The notes: generated by a model not told the origin, from the letters alone. Positions 17,743 through 28,675 are shown, counted from the first letter of the stretch. The stretch: DNA of 64,000 nt from an uncultured Acidobacteriaceae bacterium (GCA_963846095.1 CAWJUW010000015.1:127834-191833), one strand, 5' to 3'. Numbers and translations are program-made.

Positions 17743-17933
17743 ATGGCACAGGTATGCGACATTTGCGGCAAAGGGCCGCAGTTCGGCAATAACATCTCCC
17801 ACGCGCACAACGTGACGCGCCGCCGCTGGAATGTGAACCTTCAGGCGGTGAAGGCGCTGGTCAACGGCATCCTCAAAGCGCATTCGCGTCTGCACCAGCT
17901 GCATCAAGAGCGGGCAAGATCGCCAAGGCGTAG
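17743..17933 (+). CDS. rpmB: 50S ribosomal protein L28 (Zn-ribbon type); two apparent +1 sequencing insertions
   Basis: [34 protein letters not shown]. Removing one base at ~17871 and one at ~17913 restores [18 protein letters not shown]. Confidence 0.95.
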
Positions 17934-17983
17934 ACCCCGCGGGCGGCAAGAGCGCCAGCAATTCGTACCTTTCAGGCTTCCTG

Positions 17984-18016
17984 CAGACCCCGTCCTCCAT
18001 GGACGGGGTTTTGTTG
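17984..18016 (+). terminator. Intrinsic terminator after rpmB
   Basis: AGACCCCGTCC-tccat-GGACGGGGTTTTGTT. Confidence 0.85.
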
Positions 18017-18037
18017 TGCCTGACCTTCGCGCGCAAT

Positions 18038-19315
18038 CTACTGAGGTTTGGCGGCGAAGTGGAAGGAGCAGTTCACCTGGTGCGTCTCCGCATCGGGCTT
18101 CACGTCATAGGTGGTGAGTACGCCGCTCATCCACCGGACCAGCGTCTTGTCTTTCTTCTGCGCCAGGACGGCGAAGCCAGACACAAAGCTCTGATCGAAG
18201 ACATCGCCCGGCGTCATCTTCCAGGCGGCCTTGAGCCGGGCGGCCATCGCTTCGGGCGCGCCCTCGAACTTCACGGAGCCGAACCGGTACTGCGTGCCCG
18301 GCGTAATCTCGAGGCTGTAGTTCACGATGTGCGCCCCCTCATTAAACGACGGGTGCGGAACTACGGCGCAATCCAGATAGCCCTTCGCATGGTAAGCATC
18401 GCCGACGGCCAGAAGAAACAGGTCGAACGGCCGGCCTGCGCCCTTTGGATTTTTCGCAACGATCTTCTCCACCTCACCGCGCGAAATGAGCGCGCCCGCC
18501 GGATAGTCGATGGTGCCGAGCTTGTAGACGCCACCCTCCTTGATCGTCACCGTGTAGGGGACGTCAATCGACTGAGCGCTTGCAGCGAGGGTCACGGCCT
18601 GCGCAACGTCGACCTGTACGGCTGCATAGCCTTCATCCTGATAAAGGTCTTCAAAGACACGCTTCAAGCCGCTTGCCGAGTTTTCGGTGTCGAAGCCGTT
18701 GCCGGTTTGCCCACCCGCCAGGAGGCTGACTTTGGCCTGCATGGCCGGCGACACACCGGCATATTGGATTTGTCCGATATGCACGGCGGGCGCAACCTCG
18801 AAGTTCATCGCCGTGGCTTTCTGCTTGCCGAGACCGCTGGTCAGCGTTGCCTTCACCGTGGCCTTCGCGCCCTCGGCGGCCAACATCTCCTCGAGCACGC
18901 GACAAACGCCGTCAACCATGGGACCCATCGCCGGCAGTTGCCCATGATAGAGCGGGAAGCGCTCGTGCAGTTTGGCATCGAGATCTTTGCCCGGTGTTAG
19001 GGGCACGTTCTCGAAGTGCATCGGATACAACGGAGCGATCGGCGTCAGCGTGAAGGTGATCGTCTTTGCGTCTGACGAGAAGCGAACTTCTTTGAAGACA
19101 CCCGTATCGTTGAGCAGCTTGCCGTGCGCTTTGATTTCGACGGGGGCAAGACGCTGATCGGGCTTAAGCCCCGCCGCGGTGAGCAGCTCCTGCTGCGTGT
19201 ATTGCGGTGCGCCCTGAAAGCGAACCGCCTTGCCCGCAGCCTTCTTCTGCGCAGGCAGCGAGACAGAAGAGACGAGAAGCAAAGCTAAACCGAATGCGCC
19301 AAACTTTCTGGTCAT
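18038..19315 (-). CDS. Periplasmic POTRA-domain protein (BamA-like repeats, no barrel)
   Basis: Signal peptide [22 protein letters not shown]; POTRA-like motifs [35 protein letters not shown]. Confidence 0.75.
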   Translation of the reverse strand: MTRKFGAFGLALLLVSSVSLPAQKKAAGKAVRFQGAPQYTQQELLTAAGLKPDQRLAPVEIKAHGKLLNDTGVFKEVRFSSDAKTITFTLTPIAPLYPMHFENVPLTPGKDLDAKLHERFPLYHGQLPAMGPMVDGVCRVLEEMLAAEGAKATVKATLTSGLGKQKATAMNFEVAPAVHIGQIQYAGVSPAMQAKVSLLAGGQTGNGFDTENSASGLKRVFEDLYQDEGYAAVQVDVAQAVTLAASAQSIDVPYTVTIKEGGVYKLGTIDYPAGALISRGEVEKIVAKNPKGAGRPFDLFLLAVGDAYHAKGYLDCAVVPHPSFNEGAHIVNYSLEITPGTQYRFGSVKFEGAPEAMAARLKAAWKMTPGDVFDQSFVSGFAVLAQKKDKTLVRWMSGVLTTYDVKPDAETHQVNCSFHFAAKPQ

Positions 19316-19331
19316 GTTGTGCAAGCTTAGC

Positions 19332-20363
19332 TCATTTGGGCTGGGTATTCGGTGATGCGGGCGGCGCAAGCGGGTTCGCCCAGTTGAACGATTTCGCATC
19401 GAGCCCATCCGGGGACCAGCTGGTCACGATCGCCTGCGCGAGCTTGCCCAGGGTCTTCTCGGCTTCGTTGTCGCCGGTCCACCGCTGATCTTCGTTGTCC
19501 CACGTGAATGCCGCAATCACTACAGGGCCGTTCTTCGTGGCGATGAGCGCGACATCGTTGCGCACCTGGTTGAGCGCGCCGGTCTTGTTGCCGATGGCGG
19601 GGCCGTTTTCGCTGGTATCGAGCGTTTCAATGTACCGCGGCAGGCTGTTGCGATCCTGCTGGTCGCGCAGCATGTGCAGGATCGCGCCGCACAGCGGGCC
19701 ATCGCTTGCCTGCGAAGACGAACCATCAAGGCTAAAGCGGCATTCTGCGAAGCGCTCCATGATCGAAGCCATCTCGCGCGCCGTGGTCTTGCCCAGTCCG
19801 AACTTGGGCTGATCCGGCGGCATCGGCCCCTGTGCCGGCACAAAAACTTTCTTGTAGAGCACAGTCTGCGTCAGGCCCGCGGCGCGCAATGTTGCGTTGA
19901 TATGTGCGATGCCAAGCCTGTCGATGGCCATGTTGGTCGCGGTGTTATCACTGAGCACAACCATCAAGTGCAGCGTGTCGCGGAGGGTCAGCGTGAGTGG
20001 CGCTGTCAGCTGGCCAATCACGCCGGAGCCCTCGACCTGGTTCTCGTGCGTCAGCGTCAGCTTTTCTTCGAGCGATGCCGAGCCGGCGCGGATTTGTTCC
20101 ACCGCATCGAGCAGGATGCCCATCTTGATGACGGAGGCTGTCTTCACCGCCTCGTCGGGTTGCAGGGAGGCAGTCGCGCCGGTCTTCAGGTTGTGCGCGT
20201 AGAGCGCGACCTTGCCGTGATGTGCCGCGGCGATAACCTGCAACTGGCTGTCGAGCTGCGTGTCTTCGTGCAGAGCCGGCGGCTGCGCTGATGCAATTGC
20301 GAAGCTTCCGCACGCGAACAAAACCAGCGCAACGCGAGAGGGAGTGAGCCAGGAAAAAGCCAT
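19332..20363 (-). CDS. Serine hydrolase of class A beta-lactamase fold (Beta-lactamase2 / PBP-A-like)
   Basis: SxxK (TASVIK), SDN and KTG motifs; signal peptide. Confidence 0.88.
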   Translation of the reverse strand: MAFSWLTPSRVALVLFACGSFAIASAQPPALHEDTQLDSQLQVIAAAHHGKVALYAHNLKTGATASLQPDEAVKTASVIKMGILLDAVEQIRAGSASLEEKLTLTHENQVEGSGVIGQLTAPLTLTLRDTLHLMVVLSDNTATNMAIDRLGIAHINATLRAAGLTQTVLYKKVFVPAQGPMPPDQPKFGLGKTTAREMASIMERFAECRFSLDGSSSQASDGPLCGAILHMLRDQQDRNSLPRYIETLDTSENGPAIGNKTGALNQVRNDVALIATKNGPVVIAAFTWDNEDQRWTGDNEAEKTLGKLAQAIVTSWSPDGLDAKSFNWANPLAPPASPNTQPK

Positions 20364-20396
20364 GCCGCCAGAGTATCGCGCCGGTGCGGCGCGAAG

Positions 20397-20804
20397 CTAC
20401 TTCTCGTGCTCGAAGGTGAGCGACGCGGAGTTGATGCAGTAGCGCAATCCAGTAGGGCCAGGGCCATCGGGAAAGACGTGGCCCAGGTGGCCGCCGCAGC
20501 GCGCGCACGTGACTTCGATGCGGCGCATGCCGAAGCTTCGGTCTTCGTGTTCCGTGACGGATTGGCTGTCGGCGGGGATCACGAAGCTCGGCCATCCGCA
20601 GCCGGAATCGAACTTCGCTCCGCTCATGAAAAGCAACGCTCCGCACCCCGCGCAGTGATAGTTGCCGGTCTCGTGATTCTCAGTAAGCGCGCCGGTGTAA
20701 GGCCGCTCGGTGCCCTTCTCGCGCAGCACGTGGTATTGCTCTGGAGTAAGCAGCGAGCGCCACTCCGCCTCGCTGCGCACGATCTTGTCAGCCGATTCGC
20801 TCAT
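20397..20804 (-). CDS. msrB: Peptide-methionine (R)-S-oxide reductase
   Basis: [42 protein letters not shown]. Confidence 0.97.
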   Translation of the reverse strand: MSESADKIVRSEAEWRSLLTPEQYHVLREKGTERPYTGALTENHETGNYHCAGCGALLFMSGAKFDSGCGWPSFVIPADSQSVTEHEDRSFGMRRIEVTCARCGGHLGHVFPDGPGPTGLRYCINSASLTFEHEK

Positions 20805-20878
20805 AAGTACCTCGGGGAAGATTCAAGTTGAAGAGCCCGCACACATAGGATGCTGGTGCGCGCGATTCGGCGCGAAGA

Positions 20879-21268
20879 TCAGACTTCTGCCACGAGCTCG
20901 ATCTCGACAAGCACATCCTTGGGCAGGCGCGAGACTTCAACCGTCGTCCGCGCGGGCGGTGTGACGCCTTCCGGCGCAAGATACGCACCATAGACCGCAT
21001 TCATGTCGGCGAAATCATTAAAGTCTTTGAGAAACACCGTAGCCTTGACCACACGATCGAGGCTCGATCCGGCAGCTTCAACAATGGCGCGAAGGTTCTC
21101 CATCACGCGCGTGGTTTGCTCTTTGATTCCCGGTGCGACCACCTGACCCGTCGCGGGGTCAAGCGCGACCTGACCGGCCGTGAAGATCAGGTTTCCGGTG
21201 CGAACTCCCTGTGAGTAGGGACCGATGGCCGCAGGCGCATCCTTTGTGGCGATGACAGCTTTGCTCAT
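20879..21268 (-). CDS. RidA (YjgF/YER057c) enamine/imine deaminase
   Basis: APAAIGPYSQG...PARTTVEVSRLPKDVLVEIE. Start at ATG 21268 (MSKAVI). Confidence 0.93.
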   Translation of the reverse strand: MSKAVIATKDAPAAIGPYSQGVRTGNLIFTAGQVALDPATGQVVAPGIKEQTTRVMENLRAIVEAAGSSLDRVVKATVFLKDFNDFADMNAVYGAYLAPEGVTPPARTTVEVSRLPKDVLVEIELVAEV

Positions 21269-21297
21269 GCGTCGATTGTAATGCGGCGCTACCGCAT

Positions 21298-21715
21298 CTA
21301 CCGCCAGACGGCGAGCAGAGCGCCGACGATAATCAGGCCCACAAGCCAATAGCCCTGGTTGATGAGGAACAGCTTGAAAGGCCTTCCCTCATAAATCCCC
21401 TGCGGCAGCGCGGGGGCGGCAAAGAACCCAAGCCATACAAGGACGCCGATAAAGACGCCCCATCCGTAGGTAGTCGGCTCCTGACCAGTAGACGACGTGC
21501 GCCAACACGAGGGAGAGCACCAGATCGAGGATGAATGACGAGACCATGCCGGTCATCATGGCGGCGTTCTTTTGTTTCGTTTTGTCGGGCACGATGCCGA
21601 GCAGAGTCATCCACGGCTTGGCGAAGAGAGCCGGCGAATACCAGACGGCTCCAAGAAGCCACAAGATGATCGCGGACACGACAAGAGCCAGATGGTTGAG
21701 ATGGAGATGGTGCAT
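21298..21715 (-). CDS. DUF1761-family membrane protein (apparent frameshift errors)
   Basis: N-terminus NHLALVVSAIILWLLGAVWYSPALFAKPW; C-terminus in another frame YEGRPFKLFLINQGYWLVGLIIVGALLAVWR*. Confidence 0.8.
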
Positions 21716-21800
21716 AAAGACCTCGCTGGAAAGGGTGAACACGAGAGTGACCGATGCGCGTTGCGCATGTCAACGAGAAAGAACGGGAACTGTGCAGATT

Positions 21801-22700
21801 CTACTTGCGCTTGAGCGCTTCCAGTTCATCGAGCGTGCGCGGCCAGTCGGCGCCAAGCAGCCGCGAGAGACTGCGGTCAGCGAGGACCTTGCCGCCGGTC
21901 TGGCAGCGGGCGCAGTAGTTGGTCTCGTTGTCGGCGTAGCGAATGCGCTGAATCTTCTCGCCGCAGCGCGGACAGGGCTGATCGAATTTGCCGTGCACGG
22001 CGAAGTCGGGACGGAAGGCCGTGACGCCTTCAGGAAAAGCCTTGCTGGCTTCAGCGTTGAGGCGCTGCATCCACAGCTCGAGAGTCGAGCGTGTCGCGGC
22101 AAAGAGCCGCTCCCATTCTTCGTCCTTGAGCTTGTGCGTCTGCGTAATCGGCGAGAGCTGCGCGGCATGCAGAATCTCGTCGGAGTACGCGTTGCCGATG
22201 CCGCTGATCAGACGCGGATCGGTAAGGGCGCGCTTGAGGGTGCGGTTCTCATACGTGAGCGCGTTGCGAAAGCCTTCGAGATTTGTGTCGAAGACTTCCA
22301 CTCCACCAGGATCCAGCGCGGCCAGGCCGGCGTCTCCGCGCACAACATACAGGGAAGCGCGGCGCTTGCTGCCTGCTTCGGTAAGGGTGAGCGAGCCGGT
22401 GGGAAAGTCGAAGGCCGCAAGCGCATTGCGCCCGGCGATTTTCGCATTGGCCGGCTTCCAATGCAGGCGGCCGGCAATCATCAGGTGCAGCACCAGCCAC
22501 AGGTCCGCTTCGACGCCGATGGCAATGCGCTTGCCGATGCGGCGCAGCGCGACGACCTTCTTGCCTTCGACTGCAGAGAGCGGAGGATCGACGGTGCGCA
22601 GCAGGAAGACGCTGATGAGGCGGACTTGCTCAAGCGGCTGGCCGAGGATGCGTGGCTCGAGCGCGGCGATGTACGACGAGATGTCGGGCAGTTCGGGCAT
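21801..22700 (-). CDS. Fpg/Nei family DNA glycosylase/AP lyase
   Basis: N-terminal MPELP, H2TH motif [13 protein letters not shown], Zn finger CPRC...YCARCQ. Confidence 0.92.
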   Translation of the reverse strand: MPELPDISSYIAALEPRILGQPLEQVRLISVFLLRTVDPPLSAVEGKKVVALRRIGKRIAIGVEADLWLVLHLMIAGRLHWKPANAKIAGRNALAAFDFPTGSLTLTEAGSKRRASLYVVRGDAGLAALDPGGVEVFDTNLEGFRNALTYENRTLKRALTDPRLISGIGNAYSDEILHAAQLSPITQTHKLKDEEWERLFAATRSTLELWMQRLNAEASKAFPEGVTAFRPDFAVHGKFDQPCPRCGEKIQRIRYADNETNYCARCQTGGKVLADRSLSRLLGADWPRTLDELEALKRK

Positions 22701-22793
22701 GGGTACTAGCTTGCCGTGCGGATCACCGCAGGTGCAATGGTAATTCGCAAGTCAGCTCGACGTGCGAGCGATCGCGAGTGACATCATTTCCGG

Positions 22794-23741
22794 CTATTCG
22801 GAAGGCCATTCGGCTGGTGTTTCCGAAAACCTCAGTTCCTCGTAAGTTTGGGGATGTCGCAAGTACCCTTCACGGTCGCGTTCTTCCAGAGCCCGCTTAT
22901 CCAACACCGTGTTGTCGATCAGCCGCGTTGCGCCGATATAGGCAGCGACAGCGAAGAGGCTTCCGGCAACAGCTTCTTCTATCGGCTCAAGCGTCGCCCA
23001 ATCTACTAACGCGATGTAATCGACGCCAACTGGGGGCTGGGTCGCAAACACTTCGCGGGCCGCAGCGAGCAGGGACTCGGCTCGGCATTCGCCTGCTGCG
23101 AAGAGTTCCTCGACACGCCGAACAGCGCGGCTCAGCACCAGCGACTGCGCACGCTCTGCGGGGCTGAGATAGATATTCCGCGAACTGAGGGCGAGGCCGT
23201 CGGCTTCGCGGATGATGGGGCACACAACGATTTCTGTTGCGAAGCGAAGGTCTTGCGTCATGCGGCGCAGCACGGCGACTTGCGCCGCGTCTTTCTGGCC
23301 AAAGAAAGCCTTGTCCGCTTCGGCTGCTACGAAGAGTTTGCTTACAACGGTCGCGACACCGCGAAAGTGGCCGCGGCGCGATTTGCCATCCAGACGATCG
23401 CTCAGCCCCGGAACCTCGACGAACGTTGAATCGCTGCCGGCCGGATAAAGCTCTTCAACGGAAGGAGCGAACACCACATGCGCGCCTTCGGCCTCGGCAA
23501 GCGCACAGTCGGCGTCGAAGGTGCGTGGATAGCGTGCAAAGTCTTCGTGGGGGCCGAACTGCGTGGGGTTGACGAAGATGCTTACCGCGACAGCGCCGCA
23601 CGACGCGGCTGCAGACTGAATCAGAGACGCGTGGCCGGCATGCAGCGCGCCCATGGTGGGCACCAGGCCCACGGTCTTCCGTTCCGAATGGGCACGACGC
23701 GACCACGCGCGCAGTTCCGCGACGGTGCGAATGACCCGCAT
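22794..23741 (-). CDS. panC: Pantoate--beta-alanine ligase, with a 35-aa C-terminal extension
   Basis: VPTMGALHAGH, SIFVNPTQF, GHFRGVATVV, FGQKDAAQ, GLALSSRN, RLIDN. Confidence 0.96.
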   Translation of the reverse strand: MRVIRTVAELRAWSRRAHSERKTVGLVPTMGALHAGHASLIQSAAASCGAVAVSIFVNPTQFGPHEDFARYPRTFDADCALAEAEGAHVVFAPSVEELYPAGSDSTFVEVPGLSDRLDGKSRRGHFRGVATVVSKLFVAAEADKAFFGQKDAAQVAVLRRMTQDLRFATEIVVCPIIREADGLALSSRNIYLSPAERAQSLVLSRAVRRVEELFAAGECRAESLLAAAREVFATQPPVGVDYIALVDWATLEPIEEAVAGSLFAVAAYIGATRLIDNTVLDKRALEERDREGYLRHPQTYEELRFSETPAEWPSE

Positions 23742-24628
23742 CAGGCCTTCTTCAAAACCATGTCTTTTTCGCGTGCCGGCAGGTGGTAGCTCTCTTCGTC
23801 GGAAGGAAACGCGCGATGCTCCACGTCTTCGCGATAGTGTTCGATCGCACTGCGAATCATCCCGCCAACATCAGCGTAGCGGCGCACAAATTTCGCCGGC
23901 GGCGCGAAGGTCAGGCTGAGCAAATCGTGGAAGACGAGGATTTGCCCGTCACATCCTGGCCCGGCACCGATGCCAATAGTCGGAACCGGCAGGTCCGCAG
24001 TAATCTGTTCGGCCACCTCGCGCGGAACGCCTTCAAGCACGATGGCTCCGGCGCCGGCATCGGCAAGAGCCAGCGCATCGTCGCACAGTTGCTGTGCCGC
24101 GTCGGCGGTTCGACCCTGTACGCGGTAGCCGCCCATGCGATGCAGGCTTTGCGGTGTGAGTCCGAGATGGCCGATCACGGGAACCTCGGCGTCCGTGAGA
24201 GCGCGGACCAGCTCGGCGCGCGGACCTTCGATCTTGACCGCTTCCGCGCCCGCTTCCTTCACATAGCGGACAGCATTCGCGAGGCCCTCGGCGACCGGCC
24301 CGTGATAGCTGCCGAAGGGCATGTCGGCGACCACCAGTGCACGGCGCACGGCGCGACGGACAGCGCGCGTGTGGTGCAGCATCTCGTCTACGGTGACGGC
24401 GAGGGTGTTTTCGTGGCCCAGGACGACCATGGCCAGCGAATCGCCAACGAGAAGGAAGTCGATACCGGCTTCGTCGGCAAGGCGCGCGGAGGCGTAGTCG
24501 TAGGCGGTGAGCGCGGAAATAGGCTTGCCCTGGCGTTTCATCTCAGCCAGTGCGGGTACGGTGACTTTTGTGATGGGGAATCCGGTCGACGCGGAGTTCG
24601 ACCCGGTGGGGAAGTTGGTAATGCTCAT
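23741..24628 (-). CDS. panB: 3-methyl-2-oxobutanoate hydroxymethyltransferase
   Basis: LTAYDY, LVGDSL, ADMPFGSY, GHLGLTPQ, IGIGAG..CDGQILV. Start at ATG 24628 after GGAG. Confidence 0.96.
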   Translation of the reverse strand: MSITNFPTGSNSASTGFPITKVTVPALAEMKRQGKPISALTAYDYASARLADEAGIDFLLVGDSLAMVVLGHENTLAVTVDEMLHHTRAVRRAVRRALVVADMPFGSYHGPVAEGLANAVRYVKEAGAEAVKIEGPRAELVRALTDAEVPVIGHLGLTPQSLHRMGGYRVQGRTADAAQQLCDDALALADAGAGAIVLEGVPREVAEQITADLPVPTIGIGAGPGCDGQILVFHDLLSLTFAPPAKFVRRYADVGGMIRSAIEHYREDVEHRAFPSDEESYHLPAREKDMVLKKA

Positions 24629-24844
24629 GGCTCTCTCCAGTGCCGCTCCGTGTGCGCAGGATGCGGCCCGAACAAAGAAGAGTATACGCCCGCCGCCCGG
24701 CACGGACGCAAACCACTGATGCGATTCACGCGAGGCCCCGCGACAAGCGGAGAGTTGCATGATTTTCCGTTATTCAAGTGTGGGACAGGTGGGTTAGAAT
24801 CCTGCCTACTCTGTCCCCAAAATCACAAGGTGAGGTCGGTGCAA

Positions 24845-25117
24845 ATGCCCAAGTTCGTGATCGAAAGAGAGATTCCCGGTGCCGGCAAGCTGACGCCGGA
24901 CCAGCTGCAGGCGGTTTCGCAGACATCCTGCGGCGTACTCCGAGAGATGGGCCCAAAGATTCAGTGGCTTCACAGCTACGTGACCGATGACAAGATTTAC
25001 TGCGTCTATATTGCGCCGGACGAAGCGACGGTGAGGGAGCACGCGACGAAGGGCGGCTTCCCGGCCAACAAGGTTTCCGCGGTGCGGACTATCATCGATC
25101 CAACGACTTCGGAGTAG
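24845..25117 (+). CDS. DUF4242 domain protein
   Basis: MPKFVIEREIPGAG...IQWLHSYVTDDKIYCVYIAPDEATVREHA..GGFPAN; GAGG RBS. Confidence 0.88.
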   Translation: MPKFVIEREIPGAGKLTPDQLQAVSQTSCGVLREMGPKIQWLHSYVTDDKIYCVYIAPDEATVREHATKGGFPANKVSAVRTIIDPTTSE

Positions 25118-25147
25118 ACGCTCGCGCGGCGCTCAGGGAAAGGAACG

Positions 25148-25906
25148 ATGACGTCGCAGGAAGCCATCGGAATCTACACGGGAATAAGCGCGTGTGCCGC
25201 GCTGGGGCTGGCCGCGGGCGGGTTTGCCTACTGCGCCATGAAGCCGGAATCGCAGCTCTTCGGCGAGACTCTGATCGCTCCCGAGAAGCCACGCGAGCTG
25301 GCGCTGACCTTCGACGACGGGCCCAATCCCGCGTGCACGCCGCGGCTTCTGGATCTCCTTGACGGTCACCGCGTACACGCTACGTTTTTCATGATCGGCA
25401 GCTTCGCGGAGCGGGAGCCGGGTCTGGTACGGCGCGTCGTGGCGGCGGGACACCGGATCGGCGATCACTCGTGGTCGCACCCCAATCTGGCGCTGACACG
25501 AGCTTCGCGCGTCGAAGACGAGTTGCGGCGGACCAAAGACATGCTCGAGCAGATCACCGGAGCAGCCATCCGATATTTCCGGCCCCCCTTTGGGGGTAGA
25601 CGTCCCTATGTGCTGCGGACCGCGCGCCGGTTGGGACTCACGCCGGTGACCTGGAACGCGATGACGAATGATTGGGAGGAGCCGCAGGCCGAGGCGATCG
25701 CAAGCGGGCTGACGCGCATGATCGATCGGCTCACGCAACGCGGACGAGCCGCGAACATCGTGCTGCACGATGGCGGGCACCGGCTGTTGGGATCGAACCG
25801 CAATCCTTCAGTCGATGCGGCGGGACAACTGATAGCGAGGTACGCGAACACCCACAGGTTTGTGACACTCGATGCCTGGGAGGAACCCGCTGGGGATCAG
25901 CGCTAG
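25148..25906 (+). CDS. Polysaccharide deacetylase (NodB/CE4)
   Basis: LTFDDGP, HSWSH, FRPPFG, IVLHDG motifs; N-terminal membrane anchor. Confidence 0.93.
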   Translation: MTSQEAIGIYTGISACAALGLAAGGFAYCAMKPESQLFGETLIAPEKPRELALTFDDGPNPACTPRLLDLLDGHRVHATFFMIGSFAEREPGLVRRVVAAGHRIGDHSWSHPNLALTRASRVEDELRRTKDMLEQITGAAIRYFRPPFGGRRPYVLRTARRLGLTPVTWNAMTNDWEEPQAEAIASGLTRMIDRLTQRGRAANIVLHDGGHRLLGSNRNPSVDAAGQLIARYANTHRFVTLDAWEEPAGDQR

Positions 25907-27222
25907 GCTTCCGCGACAGCCTGGAACGCCTTGCGCGACGCTTCGACCGTAGCCGCGACTTCCCTATCGCCGTGCGCAGTGCTGAGGAATGCGGCTTCAA
26001 ACTGAGAGGGCGGCAACCACACCCCCTGCTCCAACATGGCGCGATGAAACCGTGCGAACGAGGCGGTGTCGGACCTGGCGGCCTCCTCATAGTTCGTGAC
26101 CGGGGCGGAGGTAAAGAACCACGTCCACATCGAGCCGACTCGATTCAACGTGATCGCAACCTCGGCGCTTTGCGCTTCGGCGGCGACGCCTTCTGCAACC
26201 GCGGCCGAAGCCGATTCGAGTTGCGCGTAGATCTTGGCGGAGTCCGCGATGAGCGCGTCGAGCGTGGCGGTGCCTGCGGCCATAGCGAGCGGATTTCCAC
26301 TGAGGGTGCCGGCCTGGTAGACAGGGCCGAACGGCGCAAGCATATCCATCAAGCGCCGCTTGCCACCGAAGACACCCACGGGCAGCCCACCGCCGACAAT
26401 CTTGCCGAGCGTAATCAGGTCCGGATCCAGCGAATACAGTTGGCAGGCGCCGCCGAGCGCGACCCGAAAGCCGGTCATGACTTCATCCACGATGAAGAGG
26501 GCGCCATGCTTGTGGGTGAGAGCGCGCAGACCTTCGAGGTAACCCGGCGCGGGAGGAATACAACCGGCATTGCCGACGACAGGCTCCACAATGAGGCCTG
26601 CTATCGCATCGGGGTGCGCGGCGAAGGCGGTTTCGACGGCCTCGAGATCGTTGAAGGGAAGCGCCAGGGTGAGGTGCGCAATCGGGTCGGGCACACCTGC
26701 CGAACCGGGAATTCCGAAAGTGGCGACACCGGAGCCGGCCTTGACGAGAAGTCCATCGGAATGACCGTGATAGCAGCCCTCAAACTTGACGATCAGGGTG
26801 CGGCCTGTGGCTGCGCGCGCGAGCCGGATGGCGGACATGGTCGCTTCCGTGCCGGAGCTGACGAAGCGCAGTTTCTCGATGGCGGGATAACAGGCAATGA
26901 CCCGTTCTGCCAGGTCGGCCTCCGCCGCCGTGGAAGCTCCGAAGCTGGCGGAATTGCGTGCAGCGCGCTCGATGGCCGCGACTGCCGGCGCGAAGGCGTG
27001 CCCCAGGATCATCGGTCCCCAGGAGCCGAAGTAATCGATGTACCGGTTTCCGTCCGCATCCGTAAGCCACGCGCCTTCTGCACTTTGAATAAAGGGCGGT
27101 GCGCCGCCGACAGCGCGGAAGGCACGCACCGGCGAGTTGACGCCGCCGGGAAAGAAGCGCTCGGCGCGTTGCTGCAGGGATTCAGACTTGGTGTGCTTGG
27201 ACGCTTGAACGGTCGACGCCAT
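25903..27222 (-). CDS. hemL: Glutamate-1-semialdehyde 2,1-aminomutase
   Basis: [57 protein letters not shown]. Confidence 0.97.
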   Translation of the reverse strand: MASTVQASKHTKSESLQQRAERFFPGGVNSPVRAFRAVGGAPPFIQSAEGAWLTDADGNRYIDYFGSWGPMILGHAFAPAVAAIERAARNSASFGASTAAEADLAERVIACYPAIEKLRFVSSGTEATMSAIRLARAATGRTLIVKFEGCYHGHSDGLLVKAGSGVATFGIPGSAGVPDPIAHLTLALPFNDLEAVETAFAAHPDAIAGLIVEPVVGNAGCIPPAPGYLEGLRALTHKHGALFIVDEVMTGFRVALGGACQLYSLDPDLITLGKIVGGGLPVGVFGGKRRLMDMLAPFGPVYQAGTLSGNPLAMAAGTATLDALIADSAKIYAQLESASAAVAEGVAAEAQSAEVAITLNRVGSMWTWFFTSAPVTNYEEAARSDTASFARFHRAMLEQGVWLPPSQFEAAFLSTAHGDREVAATVEASRKAFQAVAEA

Positions 27223-27367
27223 GGTGGCTTCAGTATAGAAGCCAGCCCAATCTGCCCTGCGTGATTTAGCTCACATGCGGAAGGCACCCGGCAGATCGCT
27301 GATCAGAACGGCGGCGCCCCGGCGGCGCAATTGAATCGCCAGGCCAATCCGCCTCATCATCCTAGTT

Positions 27368-27814
27368 GTGAACGATTTGCCACAGATGGGTGATCGCCTG
27401 CTCGTCATCTACGACGGTCAATGCGGGTTTTGCAATGCCGCCGTGCGCTGGTTTCTGCGTCGCGACCAGAAGGATCGGCTGCGCTTCGTCGCGTCGCAGT
27501 CGCCGCTTGCCGCGGAACTCATGATGCGCCACGCCGTCGTCCAGCCGGAGACGCAGGAAGGGCCCGGCTCCCTTCTCGTAGCGCGGAATGTCGGTGGACA
27601 GGACGAGGCGATTCTCACGCGCTCGACCGCAACGCTCGCACTTCTTGCAGAACTCCCCAGCCCATGGCCGGCGCTTGGTTCGCTGCTGCGGCTTGTCCCT
27701 CGATTCTTGCGGGATGCCGTGTATGGCGGAGTGGCCCGCAATCGATACCGGATCGCAGGCCGGCTGGCTTCTTGTCCAATCCCCACGGCCGCCGAGCGCG
27801 CGCACTTCCTCTAG
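27368..27814 (+). CDS. DCC1-like thiol-disulfide oxidoreductase (DUF393)
   Basis: YDGQCGFC motif; PRFLRDAVY..VARNRYRI.G...SC. Confidence 0.9.
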   Translation: MNDLPQMGDRLLVIYDGQCGFCNAAVRWFLRRDQKDRLRFVASQSPLAAELMMRHAVVQPETQEGPGSLLVARNVGGQDEAILTRSTATLALLAELPSPWPALGSLLRLVPRFLRDAVYGGVARNRYRIAGRLASCPIPTAAERAHFL

Positions 27815-27839
27815 CGCCATCGCCCTCATCGCCGAAAAA

Positions 27840-28082
27840 CTAGAGCGGCCTGTCGCGCGACGGCAGATGCCTTGCCAGAATCGCCAGGGCTCCCAGTTCG
27901 AGCGTGAGCCCAAGCCCAATGCAGAATCCGCGTGCAAAGTCGTTCATGCCTGCGGAGAGGTGCAGCATCGGGGCGAATACGTGTTGCCACGCGGTGGAAC
28001 ACACAATCATCATCAGGCCCACAATAAGCAAAGCGAGACCTGTGGAGACGGGCTTCGGGGAATCTTTCGATAAAGCAAACAT
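27840..28082 (-). CDS. Small 2-TM membrane protein (XRE operon gene 5)
   Basis: MFALSKDSPK...LALLIVGLMMIV...NDFARGFCIGLGLTLE; RBS GAAAGGAAGG. Confidence 0.65.
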   Translation of the reverse strand: MFALSKDSPKPVSTGLALLIVGLMMIVCSTAWQHVFAPMLHLSAGMNDFARGFCIGLGLTLELGALAILARHLPSRDRPL

Positions 28083-28149
28083 CACGATCCTTCCTTTCGG
28101 GGTGGGGTGGATGCAAAGCGGAGTTACGGTTGTATCTCTGCGCGCCGAA

Positions 28150-28404
28150 TTACTCACGGCCCGCAGCAAGAGCACGACGCGCCAGGCCGCGCAGAATGCA
28201 GATGGCCACGACGACATCGAGCGATACGCCGAGACCCATGCAGATGCCGCGGCTGGTATCGTCGGTGACCGGTGTCAGGTGCAACAGCGAAAGCAAGGAC
28301 ATCGGCCAGGCGGCCGCGCTGGCCAGGTCGATCTGTGCGAGCACGAGAAGCAAGAGAAGAACGGGAAGCGATTTCTTCAGACTGCTGGAATCAATTAGAG
28401 ACAT
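28150..28404 (-). CDS. Small 2-TM membrane protein (XRE operon gene 4)
   Basis: 84 aa, two hydrophobic segments, DDTSRGICMGLG; RBS AAAGGA. Confidence 0.65.
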   Translation of the reverse strand: MSLIDSSSLKKSLPVLLLLLVLAQIDLASAAAWPMSLLSLLHLTPVTDDTSRGICMGLGVSLDVVVAICILRGLARRALAAGRE

Positions 28405-28432
28405 GCGATTTCCTTTCCGGCGCGCACAGCGT

Positions 28433-28663
28433 TCAGTCGCGTGCGCTGTGATTCTTCATGCGGTAAAGCAGCCAAACAAAGAAAGCAACGGACAACAGAG
28501 CAAGCAGGCCGCGTATGTCATGCAACAGGGCGGGGTGGCTGATCTGCTTCGCATCGACGCAGACAGCGAGCGCGATCGAGGTGAAGAGACAGAAGTTGCC
28601 GCAGGCCCAGATGCGGCGAGTCTTCGGGTCGAGGGTGTGAATGTTGTATCGGGCAAGGCACAT
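28433..28663 (-). CDS. Small 2-TM membrane protein (XRE operon gene 3)
   Basis: 76 aa, two hydrophobic segments, HDIRGLL; RBS AGGAG. Confidence 0.65.
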   Translation of the reverse strand: MCLARYNIHTLDPKTRRIWACGNFCLFTSIALAVCVDAKQISHPALLHDIRGLLALLSVAFFVWLLYRMKNHSARD

Positions 28664-28675
28664 CGCCGTTCTCTC

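Noticed and set aside
17614-18117. Extended 167-aa L28
   Set aside because: Two extra bases explain the read-through, and a terminator follows the true stop at 17933.
19332-20363. Bona fide class A beta-lactamase resistance gene
   Set aside because: It has SxxK/SDN/KTG but lacks the omega-loop E166 (ExxLN) motif, so a PBP-A-like hydrolase is more likely.
24782-24817. GGGACAG...CTGTCCC hairpin as a mobile REP/MITE
   Set aside because: It is a single copy in the window, with no target duplication and no nearby transposase, so it cannot be supported.
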